The notes beneath the pieces are model-generated. The model searched no databases, had not been told where the DNA came from, and was given only the letters and a program-made list of their open reading frames with translations. DNA of 64,000 nt from an uncultured Gemmatimonadaceae bacterium. Lineage in GTDB: Bacteria; Gemmatimonadota; Gemmatimonadetes; Gemmatimonadales; Gemmatimonadaceae. Position numbers and translations under genes: made by a program. The stretch lies in NCBI GenBank assembly GCA_963829055.1, contig CAWHHI010000004.1, forward strand, positions 867,433 through 931,432, read 5' to 3'. Below are positions 9,550-19,384 of this stretch, in pieces (positions within the stretch are counted from its first letter, which is position 1; the number at the start of each line of letters is the position of its first letter).

Positions 9550-12500
9550 ATGATGCGATCGACCATGCGATCGGCGCGTCGCGTCGCTGCCGTCGCCTTC
9601 GGAGTCACCGCCATTGCGGCGGCTGCCAGTGCGCAGCAGCAGGACACCGCACGCACGCGTCGCCCGGCAACGACGAATGTGGCGTCCAGTGGCGAGGTCG
9701 CGCGGTCCGCGTACAACGTCCCGGTGGGCGACACGGCGATCTCGCGACTCGAGCGCTTCGTAACGCAGTATCCGCAGAGCACGCTCCGCCCGCGTGCGCT
9801 CCTACAGCTCGGCGAGCTGCTCGTTCGTCGAGCGGACGAGCGCTTTGCCGCCAGTCAGCGGTCGGGCACGTCCGCGGACACGACGTCGCGACCCGACTAC
9901 AGCGCCGCGATCGCTCGCTACGACGAGCTGCTCACGGCGTATCCGAACTTCGACCGCCGCGATGCTGTCGCGTACACGCTGGGTACATTGTACGCGCAGC
10001 AGCAGCGTTATGCAGACGCCGTCCGCGCATTCGAATCGGTTGCGAACGACAGTTCGTCATTCCGGAGCGAAGCGTTGTTCCGGCTTGGCGATGCTTACTT
10101 CGAACTGGCTGCCGCCGAGCGGGGCGAGCCACGTCGCGCCGGATTCGCGCGTGCCGCGGCGGCGTATGAGCGAGCCACGGCGACCGCCCCGCGCGATGGT
10201 GACATTCTACTTCCTCTCGCTCTACAAGCTCGGCTGGTCGTATTACAACCAGGCGACGCAGACGTCACAGGCCGAGTACACGAAGGCGGTCGAAGTGTTC
10301 GGCCGGCTCATCGACGCGTACGACAAGCTGAACCCCGAGCAGCAAGCGCGACTCGGGCTCCGCGGCGAGGCCGTCGAGTACATGGCGGTGGCGTTCACGC
10401 AGGTCGGCGGGGCGGAGGCGGCGAATCGCTACTTCACGGCGCACTCGACGACGGCGTATCGACTGCCAGTCATGCGGCGCGTCGCGTACAGCCTGCAAGA
10501 GCAGGGCGATTTCACGCGCGCCGTCGACGCGTATCAGGCGCTGATCAAACAGGCGCCCAATGACACGACAGCGGTCATCGCGCAGCGAGAAATCATCGAT
10601 ATCTATCAGAACCGCATGTTGGAGCCGGAGCGCGCCCAGCAGGCGCGCCTCGATCTCGTGACGCGATTCGGTCCCGACTCGCCGTGGATGAAGGCGAACG
10701 CGGCGAATACCGCGGTCGTCGATAGCGCCGCGGCGATTCGTGAGGTCGTGCTCCGGCAGGCAGCACAGTATGCGCTCGCGCAAGCGCAGCAGGGCAATGA
10801 CCGCCAGAAGTACACGGCCGCCGCTGCACTGTATGAACGCTACCTGCGCGAGTTCGCGAACTCCGACAGCGCTCAGGCGGCGAACGCGCTCCTCGCGGAA
10901 GCCCTGTTCAACACTGGCGACTACGTGCGTGCCGGTACCGAGTACTCGCGTGCGGCATACGCGTACCCGAAGGACTCGACCGGCGCGTTCGCCGAGCAGG
11001 CGGGCAGAAACGCGATCGTCGCATTCGACTCCGCGCTCGCGAAGAATCCACGCGACGTCACGGCGCAGGACTCTCTGTTCGCGACGGTTGATCGGTTCGT
11101 CGCGCGGTTCCCGAACAGTCCGGTCGCGCGGACGGCACTCATGCAGAAAGGCCGTCGCGCCTCAGAGGCGCAGCGATGGGACGTCATGGCGGCGACATTC
11201 CGGACGTACGCGGAACGCTACCCAACCGACTCCCTGACGCCTAACGCGCAGAAGCTCGTCGGCGATGCGCTGTATCGCTCGGGCAAGTACGCCGAGGCGC
11301 AGGCCCAGTGGGTGCTCGCCCAGAATGCGGCGCGCCAGCGTGGGCGCTCGGCGCTCGTCGACTCCATCGGGTCCGTCCGGAGTGCGGCGGCGATGTCGTT
11401 CGCCGACACGCTGATTCGCGGCGGTAACTACGACCGCGCCGCGGAAGACGTCTATGTCGCGTTCGCCGACAGCAACGCCGGATCCGAGAAAGCCGCTGAC
11501 GCCCTGCGCAACGCGATCGAGACGTACATGCTCGCCGACAGTACTGCGCGTCAGCGTGGCGACTCGGCAGCATCCGTGAAAGCGCGAGACCGCGCGATCG
11601 CGCTCTCCGAGCGGCTCGTGAAGGAGTATCCGCGCTACCAGTACCGTGCGCAGTACCAGAGTCTCCGCGCGCGACTGCTTGCACAGGCGGGCAAGCGGGA
11701 CGAAGCGGCTGCCGCACTGCAGGCGGTGATCGCGGAGAATCCTTCCTGGTCGGGCCGCCCGGATGCGATGGTCCAGCTCGCGCTGTCTCTGGACTCGCTC
11801 GGGCGAAAACGTGAGGCGGCCGCAGCGTACGAGGCGTTCGCGACGGCGTACCCCAAAGATCGCCGTGCCGCGGACGCGCAGTACAACGCGGCCGTGACCT
11901 TCCTGGAGGTGCCCGACACGGCGGCTGCCGCTCGCGCCTACGGGTCGTTCGCCTCGCGGTTCCCGTCGGACACCCGTGCGGCGCAAGCGCGCAGCACCCG
12001 CCTGGCCATGTTGAGAGCAAGTGGCGACTCCGCGAGTGCTGACCGCGAGCTGGCCTCGTTATGCAGCGCCGCTCCAAACGCGAATACCCCAGCCGATCTG
12101 CGCGCGAGTTGTGCTGCACGCGCGGGCGAGCAGGAGTTCCGTGCTGGCGCGGCAATGTTTCCGCAGTACCAGGCCGTGCGGCTCGTGATTCCGTCGAAGG
12201 CACAGCTCACGGCGGCGGGCGTGAAGCGCGCGTCGACCACGAAGCAGAAGTTGCTCGGTCAGATGACCGACCATTTCACGAAGGCGATCAAGAGCGGCGC
12301 GCCGGTTCCACTCGCGGCGTCGACGTTCTACCTCGGCCTCGCGCAGTGGGAGTACGGCAACTTCGTGAAGAACGTCCGGCTTCCGGGTGGCCTGACGGCT
12401 GCCGAGCGCGAGTCGGCAACGGCGGGATCGGAGCGTCAGGCAACGCAGTACTACGATGCCGCCCGCAACACGTGGCAAGCGCTGCTCGAGACGGCCGAGC

Positions 12501-12595
12501 GCCAGAAGATCGACAACGTGTGGGTGACACGCGCACGCGATGCGCTCGCTGGCAACGTCCCCGCGACGCCACCGCCGCCGGGAGGCGTGCAATGA
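9550..12595 (+). CDS. Large secreted TPR-repeat protein (GltD/AgmU-like), frameshift near 10205
   Basis: ORFs 9544-10563 and 9794-12595 join into one TPR array (EALFRLGDAYF, SLYKLGWSYYN, ADAQYNAAV). Confidence 0.75.
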
Positions 12596-13032
12596 CGAAC
12601 AGACCACAGCATGGCGTCGGACGCGTCATTCTAACGAGCGCGATGACGGGGCTCGCCGTCACGACGCTGGCGCTGGCATCGCTCGTCACGGTGAGCTCGG
12701 CGGAGGCGCAAAAACCGACGCCGCCACGTCCGGCGCCGCGTACGCAGACGCCACGGCGTCAGGAGACGATCGAGATTCGCGGGCAGGTACCCACGCCGCA
12801 GGTCGTGACCGTACGTCCGCGAGAGACGCCGGCGTACAGCCGTCGAGTGCTGGTGCCGGCATTCTTCGATCGCGACTTCTGGCCGTCGATTCTGCCCGCG
12901 CTCCAGATCCTGTCGGTGCCGGCGACGTTACGCACGGATTCGGCAACACGCGCGACGCCTGACTCCGCTTCGCGTGCTCAGCCCGCTGCGCGCCCGCCGT
13001 CGGGCACGCCTCCTGCTTCCCTGCGTCCATGA
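12592..13032 (+). CDS. Small secreted Pro-rich protein (GltF-like)
   Basis: ATGA overlap, signal peptide, core ETIEIRGQVPTPQVVTVRPR. Lies between the TPR gene and TolQ. Confidence 0.55.
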   Translation: MTNRPQHGVGRVILTSAMTGLAVTTLALASLVTVSSAEAQKPTPPRPAPRTQTPRRQETIEIRGQVPTPQVVTVRPRETPAYSRRVLVPAFFDRDFWPSILPALQILSVPATLRTDSATRATPDSASRAQPAARPPSGTPPASLRP

Positions 13033-13134
13033 AGTCGCTCGCGTCGCTGATCAAGCGATGCCTCGTCGCTCGCGCTTGACTGGCGATCCGTTGTTATGCG
13101 CTCCTGAACCCACGCTCCTCGGAGATTGCTGAAG

Positions 13135-13776
13135 ATGAACACCGTGCTCGAGTGGTACCGCAACGGCGGTCCCGTCATGAACGCGATCCTGCTCGTCGCG
13201 GTCGTTGGCCTCGCCGTGTTCATTGAGCGCTTCTACACCATCGTCATTCGCTCGAAGATCAATGGCCGAGCGTTCATCGAAAAAATCATTCAGCTGGTGC
13301 GCGCCGGAAAAGCGGAGGATGCGATCAAGCTCTGCGCGCAGTCCAATGCCGCCCTGCCCGATATGGGCCTGCTCATCCTGCGCAGCCGCAGCCGCGACGA
13401 GTCGGACCTGCAGAACGTCGCTGATGCGGCGGCGCTCGCCGTGATCCCGCGACTCACGCGCCGGCTCCAATACCTGCCCATGCTCGCCAACGTCGCCACG
13501 CTCCTCGGGCTACTCGGCACGATCTTCGGTTTGCGCGAGGCCTTCCAGTCCGTCGCGCTCGCGGCCGCGGCCGAACGATCGGAGCGCCTGGCATCAGGCA
13601 TCGCGATCGCGCTCAACGCAACGGGCTTCGGGCTCCTCACGGCGGTGCCGCTGTCTGTCGCGCACGCCTACCTCGTCAGCCAGGCCGAGACGATCATCGA
13701 GCAGATCGATGAGTTCTCGGTGCGGGTGATCAACGCACTCATTGACCGGCCCGACGTGCGGCTCGGTCATCGTTAG
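13135..13776 (+). CDS. MotA/TolQ/ExbB proton channel (AglR-like)
   Basis: GGPVM, IERFY, LANVATLLGLLGTIFGL, GIAIALNATGFGL. Confidence 0.92.
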   Translation: MNTVLEWYRNGGPVMNAILLVAVVGLAVFIERFYTIVIRSKINGRAFIEKIIQLVRAGKAEDAIKLCAQSNAALPDMGLLILRSRSRDESDLQNVADAAALAVIPRLTRRLQYLPMLANVATLLGLLGTIFGLREAFQSVALAAAAERSERLASGIAIALNATGFGLLTAVPLSVAHAYLVSQAETIIEQIDEFSVRVINALIDRPDVRLGHR

Positions 13777-13785
13777 GAGAACCGG

Positions 13786-14343
13786 GTGGCAACAGTCTAC
13801 CTGCGGTCGAAGCAGCGCCGCATGGAGCGCCAGTCGTTGACCGACGCAGGGAACCTCAACCTCGTTCCCCTCGTCGACATTCTGACGTCGGTCGTGTTCT
13901 TCTCACTGCTCACGTACCAGGGTGCATCGCTCGCGGCGCTCACGTCGTACGATCTTTCGCTTCCGCCGGTGGTCATCACGGCGGAGCAGGCGTCCGCTTC
14001 GGCGCAGAATCGCAATGCGCTGAACCTGCTGCTCGCGGTGCGGGTGGAGCACAACAAGCTGCTGGTCGAGCACACGGGCGAGGGTGGGTTCCGCAAGGAG
14101 ATCAGGGGTCTCCAGGGCGTGGCGCTCGACACGTTGCAGTCCGTCATGTCGGACATCCGCCGCCGCTATCCGCAGAATGCGGACGTGCTGGTCGTGCCGG
14201 CGGACGACGTCCCGTACGATGACCTGATCCACGTGCTCGAACGCCTCCGGATCGCCTCGTACTCTGGCATCTCGCTCGGCAATCGAACGCGGGCGACCCA
14301 GGTGTCCACGGGCGACGTGAAGCCCATGGGTACGCCGCGATGA
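13786..14343 (+). CDS. ExbD/TolR family protein (AglQ-like)
   Basis: LNLVPLVDILT transmembrane motif with the conserved Asp. VVPADDVPYDDLIHVL. Confidence 0.88.
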   Translation: MATVYLRSKQRRMERQSLTDAGNLNLVPLVDILTSVVFFSLLTYQGASLAALTSYDLSLPPVVITAEQASASAQNRNALNLLLAVRVEHNKLLVEHTGEGGFRKEIRGLQGVALDTLQSVMSDIRRRYPQNADVLVVPADDVPYDDLIHVLERLRIASYSGISLGNRTRATQVSTGDVKPMGTPR

Positions 14344-14939
14344 CGTCGCAGATCACGCCTCCCGGATCGGAACAGCCGGTCAGGGCAATGGGCGGCGTTC
14401 ACAATCGCGCGCGCGCCGCTCGGCTCGCACGCCGGGCGGCGCAGTTCAACAAATTCCGCCTGATTCAGCTGAATCTCGTGCCGCTCGTCGACACGTTCGT
14501 GTCGGTCGTGTTCTTCACGCTCGTCACGGCGACCGTCGGCGAGCTCGCGCCCGTCGTGAGCGGAGTCAACCTGCCGGACTCTCGCGTCGGGGCCACCGCG
14601 CTGTCGCAGCTCACGTTAGGCATCGGGCCTCAGGTCACGCTCGGTGGACGGCCCGTCATGGCGACCCGATCGATGCCGCGCAGGCGAAGTCCACCGATCC
14701 CGCGCAGCCGTTGCTGATCCCGCCGCTGTACGCGGCGCTGCGAGCCAAGGCCGACTCCATTCCGCACGCTGCGGTCGACGCCGCAGAATCAGTCCATCGA
14801 CACGCCGCTCGCCATTCAGGCGGACCGTACCATGCGGTACGATCTGCTCTCTCGCGTTATGCAGACCGCGCGGCTCGCGGGCTTCCGCAATCTGACGCTG
14901 CAGGTGAACCACGTCGCTGACGTGGTGAGGCCGAGCTGA
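14340..14939 (+). CDS. Second ExbD/TolR family protein (AglS-like), frameshifted
   Basis: LNLVPLVDTF. The C-terminus IQADRTMRYDLLSRVMQTARLAGFRNL is in a shifted frame ending at TGA 14939. Confidence 0.82.
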
Positions 14940-14940
14940 G

Positions 14941-15956
14941 ATGAGCGGGCCATCCGACCCGGACGACGCCGCCGGTGCGATCGCCTTCCGTCTCGGACAC
15001 GCGCCGCGACGCGGTGCTCACGCGTTCGCTCCGCTACGAGATCGCCGGCGACGAAGGTCGGGCGCTGCTGGGGTCCTACACGTTCGCGTTCGCGCTCGGG
15101 ATCGCGTGGCTCCTCATCGTGTATTTCGGACCCAAGACGCTGCCGATGCAACTACTCGCGCGCGACGAGCAGCCCATTGCCGTGACGTTCGACGCGCTCG
15201 AGCCGTTGCCCGGGGGCGGTGCCCCCGGTGAAGAAGGCGAAGCGATTCGAACACCCGCGCCGAGCCGGAACGCCGGGGCTGGATCGCGACCGACGACCGC
15301 GAGGGCCGGCGCCATCGCCGCTGCATTCGGTAGCGCGAACGGCACGGGAACGGGTGGGATGGTTGGCGATGTGTCGAACGTTCTCAGAAACGTCGATGTC
15401 TCCTCTGGCGCCGGCGGCACGGGTGCCGGCGACGCTGCCACGGGCGGCGGTGCCACCGGCGGCAAGGTTGTCCTCGGAAGCGGCGAGGGTGGCCAGGGCT
15501 CGCGGACTCCCGGACGAGGCAACATCGGTGGCACGACGGGCATCGGAGGCGCTGCGGGCGGCATCGGTGGCGTTGGGCCCGGCGGCGGGACGGTCTCACG
15601 CGCTCCCGTACGGATCTCGCCGCCGCGCCCGATCGACGCGCCTGCCGTGAGAGGCGTGCAACGCGACGTCGGAGAGCTCGGCACGTTCGTCCGCGGCCGC
15701 GAGTCGCAGCTTGCGCTTCTGCTACAACGAGTACGGGCTGAAGGTGAATCCGTCGCTCGCCGGTTCGGTGTCGGCGTCGATCGCCCTGACGCCCGCGGGC
15801 GACGTGAGCGGCGTCGACATCACGAATCGGACGTGGTCGGGCGCGGGCGCGAGCGAGACGGAACGTTGCATTGCCGAGAAGATCCGCGGCTGGCGCTTCC
15901 CGGCATCCGAGGCGGGCGGCGGCACCTACGGGTTCTCGTTCAGCTTCACGCGTTAG
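14941..15956 (+). CDS. TonB-like energy transducer with AgmX/PglI-type C-terminal domain (GltG-like), frameshifted
   Basis: Single TM helix, Gly-rich linker, then RFCYNEYGLKVNPSLAGSV...ERCIAEKIRGWRFP...YGFSF. Confidence 0.8.
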
Positions 15957-16039
15957 GCGCCGATCCGAACGCCGGTAGGGCGACGGCCGCGCGCCGTGTA
16001 TCTTTGCAGCGATAGCCCAGAGCTGTCGCCCTCAGGCTG

Positions 16040-16894
16040 GTGCCTCGAACTCCGATCGCCGTGCTCCATCTCCTGATCGCGCTGCAGGCCCTGCAAGTCC
16101 CGCCGCCGCCGCGCGGCTACGGGACCAGCACCGCCGAGGTCGTGGTCGACGCGGCGAACGTGCTGTTGCCGGAGACGGTCGATCGCATCAACCGGATCGC
16201 CTTCGATGTGCACGCGAAGTCCGGTGGCGAGATGGCGGTGGTCACGCTCCCGGATATCGGCCTTCGTGCACCCGTTGATGTCGCGCTCGCGATCGGACGC
16301 GCGTGGGGCGTCGGCGCGAACGCGGCGATCGGCCAGAAGACGCGCAACGCCGGCGTCATCATCCTCGTGGTGCCGAAGGAGTCGAGCTCCAGCGGCCGGG
16401 GTGAGTGCTTCGTCACGACGGGGCAGGGCACTGAAGGCTTCATCACCGACGCCGAAGCGGCGTCAATGTGCCGCGAGGCGGTGCCGCTGTTTCAGCAGCG
16501 GCAGTACGGACCGGCGCTGGCGCTGCTCGCGGGACGAGTGGGCGAGCAGTTCGCTCAGGAATTCGGCTTCACGCTCGACTCATCGTCCGTGCCCGCGCAA
16601 GTGTTGCAGCCTGACGTGCAACCTCGGGGGCGGCGGAGTGGCGGCATCTCGCCGTTCGTGATCTTCGTGCTCTTCATCGTCGCCTACACGATTCTCAACT
16701 CGATGAGTCGGCGACGTCGCGGGTGTGGGGGCGGCGGCTGCATTCCGATTCCGATCGTATTCCCGACTGGCGGCGGCTACTCGCGCGGCGGCTGGGGCGG
16801 CGGTGGTTTCGGGGGCGGAGGCGGTGGTGGCGGATTTGGTGGGTTCGGCGGCGGAGGCGGCTTCAGTGGTGGCGGAGGCGGCTCGAGCTGGTGA
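16040..16894 (+). CDS. TPM-domain (YgcG-like) membrane protein with Gly-rich tail
   Basis: VVDAANVL, WGVG...NAGVIILV, TGQGTEGFITD, C-terminal GGFGGFGGGGGFSGGGGGSSW. Confidence 0.9.
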   Translation: MPRTPIAVLHLLIALQALQVPPPPRGYGTSTAEVVVDAANVLLPETVDRINRIAFDVHAKSGGEMAVVTLPDIGLRAPVDVALAIGRAWGVGANAAIGQKTRNAGVIILVVPKESSSSGRGECFVTTGQGTEGFITDAEAASMCREAVPLFQQRQYGPALALLAGRVGEQFAQEFGFTLDSSSVPAQVLQPDVQPRGRRSGGISPFVIFVLFIVAYTILNSMSRRRRGCGGGGCIPIPIVFPTGGGYSRGGWGGGGFGGGGGGGGFGGFGGGGGFSGGGGGSSW

Positions 16895-16927
16895 CGAGCC
16901 AACGGGATTTCACTCCGACGTGTGATA

Positions 16928-16955
16928 CCCGATTCCCGATTCCCGATTCCCGATG
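16928..16955 (+). repeat. CCCGATT heptamer tandem repeat (x4) running into a start codon
   Basis: Read directly from the sequence. Confidence 0.9.
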
Positions 16956-17664
16956 AAACTCGACGAGCTCGTCGATCAACTGAAAAAGGTGTACGGCGCG
17001 CAGCTGCGGGCGGTGGTGCTGTACGGCTCCGCCGCGGCGGGTGAGCACATCGCCAAGCGATCCGACTATAACGTGCTCGTCATCGTCGACGAGCTCACGA
17101 TGGATCACATGCGAGCCGGAGCCGCCGTGGCGCGCGCGTGGGCTGAGGACGGGAATCCCCCGCCACTGACGCTCACCGCCGCCGAGTGGCGCGGCAGCTC
17201 CGACATCTTCCCGATGGAATACGCCGACATTCTGGAGCGCCATCGCGTGCTGTTCGGCGCGCCGCCGTTCGACGGAATCGCGGTCGACCGGCGCCACCTC
17301 CGACTGCAACTCGAGCACGAGGCGATGGGGAAGCTGCTCAAGCTGCGTCAGGGCGTGCTCGCCGGTGGCGGGGACGCCAAGGCGAACATCGAATTGCTCG
17401 CACAGAGTCTGAGCACGATCATGGTCATCTTCAGGGCGGTCGAACGCCTGCACGAGGCGGTGCCGCCCACGGATTACGATCGCCTGAGTCGCGATGTCGC
17501 GAAGCGGGTCGGATTCGAGCCGGAGCCGTTCACCCGTGTGGTCCGACATGTGCGCGGGGAAGCGAAAATTGGTCCCGGCTGATGTCTCGACGGTGCTGGC
17601 GGGGTATATCGACGGAATGCACAAACTCGTTGCCTACCTCGACCGCTACCAGCCAGGATCTTGA
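16953..17664 (+). CDS. Nucleotidyltransferase-domain protein (frameshift near 17575)
   Basis: VVLYGSAAAG...SDYNVLVIV and FPMEYADI. The tail continues in a shifted frame to TGA 17664. Confidence 0.8.
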
Positions 17665-17777
17665 TGCAGTGTTTTGATGCGGCTCAGGCGAGCACGAAGG
17701 GTGAGACGGGCTGTTCCGCCTTGGATGGAGGACGCGTTATGCGTGCTGATCGCGGTGGGAATCGCAGTGAGCGTGGT

Positions 17778-18338
17778 ATGCGGGCGATAACTCGCGTGGG
17801 CGGGCCGATCGTGGGTGTGGTGTGCCTGACGATGCTGGCCCTTGGATGTCCTGGCGAGCGACGTGACAAGCGCGCGGCCGATAGTGCGCGCGCGGCGGCG
17901 ATCCCGGTCGACACGACGCCCATGGACCTGAGCAAGGTGGAAACCTCCCTCCCACCGTCGCTGCCCGATACTTTCAAGGGGCCGGCGAAACCGGTGGCCC
18001 GGCGGTCTGCCAGCGAAGTTGTTCGCGAGCCACCCATTCCGCCGGCGCCGCCGGCGCTCATGGACGCCGTACAGCGCGAGGGAAGCTCTTCGCGCTTCTG
18101 CTATCAGGAGTTCGGCCAGAAGGTCGATCCAACGCTCAAGGGCGGCGTCGCCTTCGTGGTCTCGGTCGGCTCCGGAGGCATCACGAACGCCAGGATTGCG
18201 AGCGACAGTTGGTCGTCGAAGGCCGGGGCGGCGGTGAACCGCTGCCTGGATGACCGAGCCAGCTCGGCGTGGAAACTCGCCGCTGGTGCGGTCCCGGCGG
18301 GGAAGTACGTAGTGAGAATGACCTTCACCGGAAAATGA
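17778..18338 (+). CDS. Lipoprotein with AgmX/PglI-type TonB-C-like domain
   Basis: Lipobox LALGC and Pro-rich linker. RFCYQEFGQKVDPTLKGGV...VNRCL is similar to the 15711-15956 domain. Confidence 0.7.
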   Translation: MRAITRVGGPIVGVVCLTMLALGCPGERRDKRAADSARAAAIPVDTTPMDLSKVETSLPPSLPDTFKGPAKPVARRSASEVVREPPIPPAPPALMDAVQREGSSSRFCYQEFGQKVDPTLKGGVAFVVSVGSGGITNARIASDSWSSKAGAAVNRCLDDRASSAWKLAAGAVPAGKYVVRMTFTGK

Positions 18339-18370
18339 CCGTGCACGATCCCACATCGAGGACTTCCGCA

Positions 18371-18946
18371 ATGCACCGATACACCCTGCCGTTTGCGCTG
18401 CTCCTCGTCAGTGGATGCGGGTACAACACGATTCAGAAGTACGACGAGACTGTGAACGCGGCGAAGAACCAGATCGAAGTACAGCTGCAGCGTCGCGCCG
18501 ATCTCATTCCGAACCTCGTCGCGACGGTGAAGGGATACGCGCAGCAGGAGCAGGACGTATTCGTTCAGGTCGCTCAGGCACGCGCCGGAGTGCTGGGCGC
18601 CGTGCAGAAGGGCGACCCGCGCGAAATGGCCAACGCGAACGATCAGCTCACGGGCGCGTTGGGCAGACTGATGGTCGTGGCCGAGGCGTACCCGCAGCTC
18701 AAGTCGGACCAGAACTTCCTCAAGCTGCAGGACGAGCTCACCGGAACCGAGAACCGCATCGCGGTCGCGCGCACGGATTACAACGGTGCCGTCCAGACGT
18801 ACAACACGTACATCCGGACGCTGCCGCAGTCGCTCACCGCGAAGGTGACTGGCGCAAAGCAGCGCGAGTATTTCGAGGTCACCACGCCGGGAGCGCGCAC
18901 AGCGCCGTCCGTGGATTTCTCGAAGCCGGCGGCTAAGACGCCCTGA
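18371..18946 (+). CDS. lemA: LemA family protein
   Basis: GCGYN, QRRADLIPNLVATVKGY, EAYPQLKSDQNF, GTENRIAVARTDYN. Confidence 0.95.
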   Translation: MHRYTLPFALLLVSGCGYNTIQKYDETVNAAKNQIEVQLQRRADLIPNLVATVKGYAQQEQDVFVQVAQARAGVLGAVQKGDPREMANANDQLTGALGRLMVVAEAYPQLKSDQNFLKLQDELTGTENRIAVARTDYNGAVQTYNTYIRTLPQSLTAKVTGAKQREYFEVTTPGARTAPSVDFSKPAAKTP

Positions 18947-19048
18947 CCCTAAACGATGACGGCTGATCACACCTTAATACGCCTCATCACCGGTCCACCG
19001 CGCCGCGGGCACGTTCCGCGTTAGGCGCTAAGCAACTTCTCCGGTAGA

Positions 19049-19084
19049 ACGCCCCCGGTGCTCAAGCTCGAGCACCGGGGGCGT
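19049..19084. terminator. GC-rich hairpin downstream of lemA and upstream of the SusC1 promoter
   Basis: ACGCCCCCGGTGCTC-AAGCTC-GAGCACCGGGGGCGT. No U tract, so terminator function is uncertain. Confidence 0.5.
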
Positions 19085-19146
19085 CGCGCATCCGGCGGTC
19101 GAGCCAGAGTCGGAGTGACGGTCGATGAAGGCGTCCTCACACATTG

Positions 19147-19175
19147 TTGACACTGTTCTCACGCAGCCGTATCGT
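19147..19175 (+). promoter_or_regulatory. Sigma70-type promoter for SusC1
   Basis: TTGACA-17 nt-TATCGT. The same boxes recur upstream of SusC2. Confidence 0.65.
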
Positions 19176-19384
19176 CTCGATCGGAGCAGCACTAAGCGCA
19201 CTGTGGACTGCTCCCTAAGACACCCCACGCTCACGTCCAGAGGAGCGACATATGATGACCAGCCCGCCAGACCTCAGGCCCAGACACTCCACCTGGAGGA
19301 CCCCGAACCAACTCGCAACACCACCCTGCAGTTCATTCTGTTGTCTCATGCAGCAGACGGTCGATGGAAGACCGAGGAGGGAAC

